Shown here piece by piece: positions 33,849 to 39,322 of a DNA stretch of 39,322 bases. This DNA comes from Acidimicrobiia bacterium (GTDB lineage: Bacteria; Actinomycetota; Acidimicrobiia; Spongiisociales; ZC4RG35), in the NCBI GenBank assembly GCA_031389635.1, contig JANMST010000255.1, forward strand, positions 1 to 39,322. Reading direction: 5' to 3'. The translations under genes and the position numbers were made by a program. The first letter of the stretch is position 1, and every line of letters starts with the position of its first letter. The notes below the pieces were generated by a model. That model was not told where the DNA came from. It did no database searches and saw only the letters and a program-made list of their open reading frames with translations.

Positions 33849-35549
33849 GTGAGGACACCCTCATCCGGACGCAAAGTCTTGACCAAGGCTGCGCTGGTCT
33901 CATCAGTGATCCTGCTGGTCATGACATCGGTGCCGGTAGCCGCCCAGACCGATCCTTTCGGGTCGGACCCTCTCGGTCTGATCTCCTACAAGGATCAAAC
34001 CGACAGCTATTCGATCGGCACCGACTCATGGGAGGTGTGGATCTGCGACGTCCCCGACGGCAGCGTCTCGATCACTCCGGCCCAGGCCGCCAACGTGCTC
34101 AACGCTTCGGTCACCTCCTACTTCCAGGCGCTGTCCGCCAACCTTTATAGCCCGGTGTTCGCGGCGGCCGGGACCGTGACTGCCACGCAGCCTTCGCAAT
34201 GGCCCGACAACCCCTTTCGCTTGCAAGGAGAGTGCGAGGGACTGGTGGCTGCCCAGGGTGGCGGGACCACCGAGGGTGCCGTCGTGGTTATCGACGCGTC
34301 ATACGGGGGCGGCTACGCGACCGGGGGCTTCGTCTGCCAGGTGACCCAGGGTTGTCCGATCACCTATCCCGCCAATGCGCGAATCGTGGTGTTGGGGGGC
34401 GAGGCATTGGTGGGCTTCGGAGGCACGCCGGCTCTTCGCACTGCCGCCCACGAGATCGGCCACGCCATCTTCTGGCCCCACTCATATGCGGGTCAGGCCA
34501 CGTTCGAGAACGGAGTCGTCTACGAATACGACAACCCGATGGACCTCATGAGCGGTGGCGATTCCGACAACCTCGACATCGGCACCATTGCCGTCAACCG
34601 GTATGCCGCAGGATGGTTTGGATCGGAAGGCGTGTTCTTCCACCGCGGAGGAAATCTGGTCTACACCCTTGGAGCAAGATCCGGTGTCCAGATGCTGGTG
34701 CTTCCGACCGACCAGCCAGGCGCCTTCGAGACGCTCAGTGTCAGGGTCAGGAGCGGATACGACTTCGGCATTCCGGCCGAAGGGGTGGAGGTCTACTCGA
34801 TCGATCAGACCAGCTGCTCACCAACGGTGGTCGGTGGCTGCTTCGGTCTCGAGCGAAGGACCTCACCGGTCCCGCCGGTGGCTTCCTTCAGCTCGAGCGA
34901 ACATGTCTTCGGGGTGGGGGAGACATTCACGGTACGGGGGATGACGATCACGATTCTCGAAAGGATTGGCGAGAGCTTCCGGGTCCAGGTTCAGGGCCAG
35001 GCCGTCACCGAGCGCTTCATCGACGACAACGGCAACCTCCACGAAGACAGCATCGAGGCCATTGCCGCCCTTGGCATAACCCGTGGCTGCAACCCGCCCC
35101 TCGTTGACCGCTTCTGTCCAGCCACCGACGTCACCCGGGCCGAGATGGCCGCCTTCCTGATCGCGGCCATCGGGGAACAGCCGTCGACCGCATTCACCGG
35201 GGCTTTCCCCGATGTTCCGGCAGGGCAGTGGTACACGGGTTACGTGGAGCGGCTCAAAGAGCTCGGCATCACCACCGGAAACGCCGACGGGACCTACGGT
35301 CCCGACCGACCAGTGACACGGGCGGAGATGGCCGTGTTTCTCAACCGCGCCTTCGAGCTGGGGCTACCAGCGGCAGGGGCTGTCTTCGAAGATGTCCCGG
35401 CCGATCAGTGGTACGCCCAGGCCGTCGAAGCGATTCGCCTGGCGGGCATCACCACGGGTTGTTCTGCCGCTCCGAGCCTGTATTGCCCGATCGACCCGGT
35501 GAAGCGAGACCAGATGGCTACTTTCGTGGCCAGAGCTTTGGGGCTCTGA
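33849..35549 (+). CDS. Secreted metzincin-like zinc metalloprotease with three C-terminal SLH (S-layer homology) domains
   Basis: 566 aa. Signal peptide is MRTPSSGRKVLTKAALVSSVILLVMTSVPVAAQ. HEIGHAIFWPH (34449-34481) gives an HExxHxxxxxH motif. From 35016 there are three repeats of the SLH type (F.D....H...I..L..LGIT.G.......P...VTRAEMA.FL). Confidence 0.7.
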   Translation: MRTPSSGRKVLTKAALVSSVILLVMTSVPVAAQTDPFGSDPLGLISYKDQTDSYSIGTDSWEVWICDVPDGSVSITPAQAANVLNASVTSYFQALSANLYSPVFAAAGTVTATQPSQWPDNPFRLQGECEGLVAAQGGGTTEGAVVVIDASYGGGYATGGFVCQVTQGCPITYPANARIVVLGGEALVGFGGTPALRTAAHEIGHAIFWPHSYAGQATFENGVVYEYDNPMDLMSGGDSDNLDIGTIAVNRYAAGWFGSEGVFFHRGGNLVYTLGARSGVQMLVLPTDQPGAFETLSVRVRSGYDFGIPAEGVEVYSIDQTSCSPTVVGGCFGLERRTSPVPPVASFSSSEHVFGVGETFTVRGMTITILERIGESFRVQVQGQAVTERFIDDNGNLHEDSIEAIAALGITRGCNPPLVDRFCPATDVTRAEMAAFLIAAIGEQPSTAFTGAFPDVPAGQWYTGYVERLKELGITTGNADGTYGPDRPVTRAEMAVFLNRAFELGLPAAGAVFEDVPADQWYAQAVEAIRLAGITTGCSAAPSLYCPIDPVKRDQMATFVARALGL

Positions 35550-35550
35550 A

Positions 35551-35593
35551 GAGGGTTTGAGGTTTGAGGTCGGAGGTGTGAGGTTCGAACCTC
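35551..35593 (+). repeat. Five GAGG(T) motifs at 7-8-nt spacing, ending in the perfect 14-nt palindrome GAGGTTCGAACCTC
   Basis: GAGG begins at 35551, 35559, 35566, 35573 and 35580. The palindrome is at 35580-35593. It lies between the SLH-protein stop (35549) and the TTG start at 35622. Confidence 0.85.
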
Positions 35594-35621
35594 GAACATT
35601 GACTCGATAGGGAGGCTTACG

Positions 35622-36527
35622 TTGAGTGACATTTCTTTCGATGGCCGCGTGGCAGTTGTCACCGGTGGCGGCGGCGGGCTGGGCCGGTCCTACTCGCTGG
35701 AGCTTGCCCGGCGCGGCGCTCGCGTCGTCGTCAACGATCTGGGCGGCTCAGTCGACGGGAGCGGGGCAGGAACAAGGGCGGCCGACGCAGTGGTCGAGGA
35801 GATCAAGACGGCAGGCGGCGAGGCTGTCCCTAACTACGACTCGGTATCGACCCCCGAGGGCGGTGAGGCAATCGTTACTGCCGCGGTAGACGCCTTCGGG
35901 ACGGTGGACATCGTCATCAACAACGCTGGCATCCTGCGGGACAAGAGCTTTTCCAACATGACCCTCGAAGACCTGCACGGTGTTCTCGACACTCATCTCA
36001 AGGGTGCCTTCTACGTGTCGATGCCCGCGTTCAAGGTGATGAAAGACAAGGGTTATGGACGGTTCGTGCACACGTCGTCCAACTCTGGTTTGTTCGGGAA
36101 CTTCGGGCAGGCCAACTACGGCGCCGCCAAGATGGGCCTGGTCGGCCTTTCCAATGTCCTGGCGATCGAGGGCGCCAAATACGGGATCCAATCCAACGTG
36201 ATCGGTCCGGTGGCGAGAACCCGGATGACCGAACAACTGCTCGGCCCCCTGGCCGGTCTGGTGGCACCGGAGCAAGTTATGCCGATGGTGGTCTTTCTCG
36301 CCTCGGAGGCCAACCCGCACACCCACGAGATCTTCACCGCCGGCGGAGGGCGCTACGGGAGGATTTTCATCGGGACCAACCCGGGATGGTTTGCCGGTCC
36401 GAAGGTGGTGCCCTCGGTCGAGGAGATCGAGGCCAACATCGACCAAATCCGCGACGTGTCGTCCTACGAGATCCCGGGTAGCTCCAACGATGAGATCATG
36501 ATCATCGCCCGGAACCTCGGAGGCTGA
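35622..36527 (+). CDS. SDR-family (3R)-hydroxyacyl-CoA dehydrogenase, MFE-2 dehydrogenase-domain-like
   Basis: 301 aa with a TTG start and GGGAGG SD at 35610-35615. Contains VAVVTGGGGGLGRSYSLELARRGARVVVNDLGG, NNAGILRD and YGAAK. Confidence 0.8.
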   Translation: MSDISFDGRVAVVTGGGGGLGRSYSLELARRGARVVVNDLGGSVDGSGAGTRAADAVVEEIKTAGGEAVPNYDSVSTPEGGEAIVTAAVDAFGTVDIVINNAGILRDKSFSNMTLEDLHGVLDTHLKGAFYVSMPAFKVMKDKGYGRFVHTSSNSGLFGNFGQANYGAAKMGLVGLSNVLAIEGAKYGIQSNVIGPVARTRMTEQLLGPLAGLVAPEQVMPMVVFLASEANPHTHEIFTAGGGRYGRIFIGTNPGWFAGPKVVPSVEEIEANIDQIRDVSSYEIPGSSNDEIMIIARNLGG

Positions 36528-36530
36528 TCG

Positions 36531-37403
36531 GTGCCGATCGATGCGGGCAAGGTGGTCGGGGCCAGGCTGCCCGACCTGGAGACGTCTTGGGACGAGGCGC
36601 GAGTGATTCTCTACCACCTGGGTGTCGGGGCGGGTGATCCCCCGACGTCGGAGACGGAACTCTCCTACTGCTACGAGCCGAACCTCAAGGTTTTGCCGAG
36701 CTTTGCGACGATTCCTCCCTGCGAGGCGATGGCTCATGTTTCCGACCTGGACGGGGTCGACCTCAATCCGATGATGTTGTTGCACGGCGAGCACGAGATC
36801 GAGATTCACCGTCCGCTGCCGGTGGCTGCGACGGTGCAGACCGTCAGCCGGATCATTGGCGTCTATGACAAGGGCAAGGCAGCGTTGATCGTGGTCGAGT
36901 CGGTGTCCTCCGATCAGGCCGGACCACTCTTCACGAACCGGGCATCGATTTTTGCTCGCGGGGAGGGAGGCTTTTCCGGGCCGTTACCTGACCAACCCGG
37001 TCAGGCGGCTGCGTATCGGGCGGCAGATCCGCCTGCTCGCGCAGCTGATCTAGTAGTGGAGGCGAGGACAATCCCCCAACAAGCCCTTCTCTACCGTCTC
37101 AGCGGCGACAGGAATCCATTGCATGCCGATCCAGCCTTTGCAGCTTTCGGCGGTTTCGACCGCCCGATTCTGCACGGCCTCTGCTCGTTCGGGATCGTCT
37201 GCAAGGCGGTCGTCGACCAGGCCCTGGAAGGTCGATCCAGCTCGGTGGCCTCGTATCGGGCCCGATTCGCCGGAGTCGTGTTTCCCGGCGAGACGCTGGT
37301 GATTTCTATGTGGCGGGACGCGGATCTGATCCACATCGAGGCGACAACCAGGGAGCGATCGCTGCCGGTGTTAACCAACGCCAACATTCGGATGAGGGTT
37401 TAG
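36531..37403 (+). CDS. MaoC-type double-hotdog (R)-enoyl-CoA hydratase, MFE-2 hydratase-2-like
   Basis: 290 aa with a GTG start. Carries the hydratase-2 motif YRLSGDRNPLHADPAFA, followed by ILHGLCSFG. Confidence 0.8.
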   Translation: MPIDAGKVVGARLPDLETSWDEARVILYHLGVGAGDPPTSETELSYCYEPNLKVLPSFATIPPCEAMAHVSDLDGVDLNPMMLLHGEHEIEIHRPLPVAATVQTVSRIIGVYDKGKAALIVVESVSSDQAGPLFTNRASIFARGEGGFSGPLPDQPGQAAAYRAADPPARAADLVVEARTIPQQALLYRLSGDRNPLHADPAFAAFGGFDRPILHGLCSFGIVCKAVVDQALEGRSSSVASYRARFAGVVFPGETLVISMWRDADLIHIEATTRERSLPVLTNANIRMRV

Positions 37404-37412
37404 CCTTTTCCC

Positions 37413-38657
37413 ATGACGACTGAAACCACGCCGGGCCCGATTGATTCAGGAACGGCGGCTTCCGGTAGCTGGGCCCGTGAGGACGAACAGCAGGTTCGCG
37501 TGAAGCTCAACCTCCTGTTGTCGCAACATGTCCCCGGATCGACATCTGCCGAGGAATTCTGGGGCCACCAATTCGATGCGGGGCTGGCCTGGATCAACTT
37601 CCCGGTCGGCCATGGAGGGCTGGGCCTGGCCCCGGGACTGCAGGGGATCATCAACGATCGCCTTACGGAGGAGAATGTTTCCCGCCTCAACGTTGCCCGC
37701 AACGTCATAGGCCACGGGATGGGAGCTCCCACAGTGGTGGCGCACGGGTCGGACCAGCAAATGGCGCGATGGCTGCGGCCGATGTTTACGGCCGAAGAGG
37801 TCTGGTGCCAGCTGTTCTCGGAGCCGGGCGCGGGCTCGGATGTGGCCGGTCTGGCGACCAGGGCGGTCAAGGACGGCGACGAGTGGATCGTCAACGGGCA
37901 GAAGGTCTGGACCACCCTGGCGCACACCTCTCGATGGGGGATGATCGTCGCCCGGACCGATCCCGATCTCCCCAAGCACCAAGGGCTGACCTATTTCATC
38001 GTGGACATGCAGCAACCCGGGGTAGAGGTGAGGCCGCTGCGCCAGATCACCGGGGAGGCGGAGTTCAACGAGGTCTACTTCACGGACGCCCGGATCCCGG
38101 ACTCGTACCGGCTCGGAGCGGTGGGCGACGGGTGGCGGGTGGCGTTGACGACCCTCATGAACGAGCGGGTGGCGATCGGCTCCACCCAGTTGCCAAGGGG
38201 CGGCGGGGCCATCGCCGAAACCACCGCGGTTTGGATCGAAAAAAGCCTGACCGATCCTTACCTGCGGGACGAGATGATGAAGTTGTGGTGCGAGGCCGAG
38301 GCACTGCGTCTCACGGGGATGCGGGCCAATCAGGCCCGGGCTCTTGGAACCCCGGGGCCCGAGGGGTCTACGTCAAAGCTGCACTGGGCCGATCTCAACA
38401 AACGAATCTCCTCTTTCACCGTCGACCTGATGGGCGCCGAAGGGATGTTGTTGCCCGAGGGATATCCGTTCGTCACTCCCGACGAAGCCGGTGCCGGCCG
38501 ATTGACCCGTCAGAAGAGCTTTCTCCGCGCCCGGGCGAACTCGATCGAGGGCGGCACCTCCGAGATCATGAAGAACATCCTCGGCGAACGGGTCCTGGGC
38601 CTCCCCGGCGAGCCCCGGGTAGACAAGAACGTCCCGTGGAAGACGGTCCCGCGGTAG
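37413..38657 (+). CDS. fadE: Acyl-CoA dehydrogenase
   Basis: 414 aa. Contains CQLFSEPGAGSD, GQKVWTTLAH.SRWG...ARTD and IEGGTSEIMKNILGERVLGLP. Confidence 0.88.
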   Translation: MTTETTPGPIDSGTAASGSWAREDEQQVRVKLNLLLSQHVPGSTSAEEFWGHQFDAGLAWINFPVGHGGLGLAPGLQGIINDRLTEENVSRLNVARNVIGHGMGAPTVVAHGSDQQMARWLRPMFTAEEVWCQLFSEPGAGSDVAGLATRAVKDGDEWIVNGQKVWTTLAHTSRWGMIVARTDPDLPKHQGLTYFIVDMQQPGVEVRPLRQITGEAEFNEVYFTDARIPDSYRLGAVGDGWRVALTTLMNERVAIGSTQLPRGGGAIAETTAVWIEKSLTDPYLRDEMMKLWCEAEALRLTGMRANQARALGTPGPEGSTSKLHWADLNKRISSFTVDLMGAEGMLLPEGYPFVTPDEAGAGRLTRQKSFLRARANSIEGGTSEIMKNILGERVLGLPGEPRVDKNVPWKTVPR

Positions 38658-38752
38658 GAGCGTGGTGCGTGGTGCGTAATGCGTCAGGAAGCGCGGCCGT
38701 CTTCCGTCTGGGATTTGAACGCACCACGCAGAACGCATAACGCACCACGCTC
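38658..38752. repeat. Composite inverted/direct repeat block built from ACGCACC(ACGC) motifs between convergent genes
   Basis: The outer 13-bp perfect inverted repeat is GAGCGTGGTGCGT (38658-38670) with ACGCACCACGCTC (38740-38752). ACGCACCACGC is also present at 38719-38729. Inner pairs are GGTGCGT (38671-38677)/ACGCACC (38719-38725) and ATGCGT (38679-38684)/ACGCAT (38733-38738). The central hairpin is GGAAG-N9-CTTCC (38687-38705). Confidence 0.85.
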
Positions 38753-39322
38753 TTACGCCGCTATCTCTACCGGCGTTCCCAGTTTCACCAGATCTGCCAG
38801 CTGAGCGGCTATCTCGTTGGGGACTCTCACGCAGCCGAGCGAGACCGGCTCGCCGATGCTGGCAGGACGGTTGGTGCCGTGGATTCCGATGATCCCGTTG
38901 CCGCCGTTGAACTCCGTGATGGTGTCCGAGAAGGCCGAGATTCCTAAGGCGAAAGGACCCCAGGGACCGGTCGGGTCGGCCAACTCGACGATATCGGTCA
39001 CGAAGTAGCTGCCGGTTGGCGTCGGGTTGTGCGGTGAACCCACTGCCACTTCGGTTTCCAACACGACCTCGTCGCCTTGCTCGAGACGAAGCCGGCGATC
39101 GGACAGATCCACGAAGATCGCGTAGTCGAGAACGGCAAGATCGAGGGCGGTTGCCCGCACCCATCCCGTCGAGCCGTTGGGCCTGATGGGGAGGGACACC
39201 TCGACCCAGCCGTCGACCGGCCCGGACTCGACCAGAAACACACGGGGGGATCCAAGGGTCGTGGAGGGCTTGAGGACATAGGAAGGTGCCGCCAGCTCGG
39301 GTCTGTCGAAGATCTCGACATC
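38753..39322 (-). CDS. L,D-transpeptidase (YkuD domain), partial: 5' end lies beyond the window
   Basis: Catalytic motif GIHGTN.......SLGCVRV. The frame stays open from 39241 to the window edge (..DVEIFDRPELAAPSYVLKPSTTLGSPRVFLVE..), so the track start at 39241 is internal. Confidence 0.8.
   Translation of the reverse strand, partial: DVEIFDRPELAAPSYVLKPSTTLGSPRVFLVESGPVDGWVEVSLPIRPNGSTGWVRATALDLAVLDYAIFVDLSDRRLRLEQGDEVVLETEVAVGSPHNPTPTGSYFVTDIVELADPTGPWGPFALGISAFSDTITEFNGGNGIIGIHGTNRPASIGEPVSLGCVRVPNEIAAQLADLVKLGTPVEIAA

Noticed and set aside
35578-35600. tRNA T-arm-like sequence (TGAGG-TTCGAAC-CCTCG), a possible tRNA gene or att-site remnant
   Set aside because: No matching acceptor 5' strand, D-arm or anticodon arm can be drawn from the upstream sequence, which is instead a GAGG repeat array. 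I treat it as part of that palindrome, not as a tRNA.
35748-36809. 353-aa ORF antisense to the MFE-2 dehydrogenase and hydratase genes; likewise 34199-35107(+), 37769-38740(+) and 38373-39164(-)
   Set aside because: All are nested in or opposite to genes with strong motifs, and all have Arg/Gly/Pro-biased composition.

Overview
GC-rich (judged by eye, not computed) bacterial chromosomal segment, densely coding on both strands, with about 37 CDS. Gene content suggests an actinobacterium-like organism: a mycothiol-type DinB/MDMPI enzyme, menaquinone genes, a Lys/Ala-rich histone-like protein and a glycine riboswitch before gcvP. The taxon call is inference only. Main content, left to right:

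1. A translationally coupled four-gene cluster, herA-like / sbcD(mre11) / sbcC(rad50) / nurA-like (154-6238). This is the arrangement classically described in archaea and is my best candidate for a system worth a second look.
2. maoC-like, gpsA and ychF.
3. A roughly 290-nt, strongly structured leader followed by one clear glycine riboswitch aptamer, then gcvP.
4. Two unassignable proteins (12307-14592).
5. A small AKKA-repeat histone-like gene with a textbook terminator.
6. A mannosylglycerate-synthase-like glycosyltransferase divergent from manC.
7. A lipoprotein cytochrome c, menC and menD, convergent with menF; upstream of menF on the minus strand sit a MerR-like ORF and murI. A 65-bp tandem duplication rewrites the murI 3' end.
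8. A visibly AT-richer AbiEi/AbiEii (type IV TA / abortive infection) islet.
9. sufE-like and rhodanese genes, then tam, malQ and a SIMPL-domain gene.
10. An acyl-CoA metabolism cluster (mcr, fadD, split MFE-2 dehydrogenase and hydratase, fadE) interrupted by a secreted metzincin-like protein with three SLH domains.
11. A partial L,D-transpeptidase gene at the window end.

Several intergenic palindromes and tandem repeats are not explained by the genes. I saw no rRNA, tRNA, CRISPR array, transposase or integrase. All family assignments rest on motifs read from the supplied translations; no searches were run.
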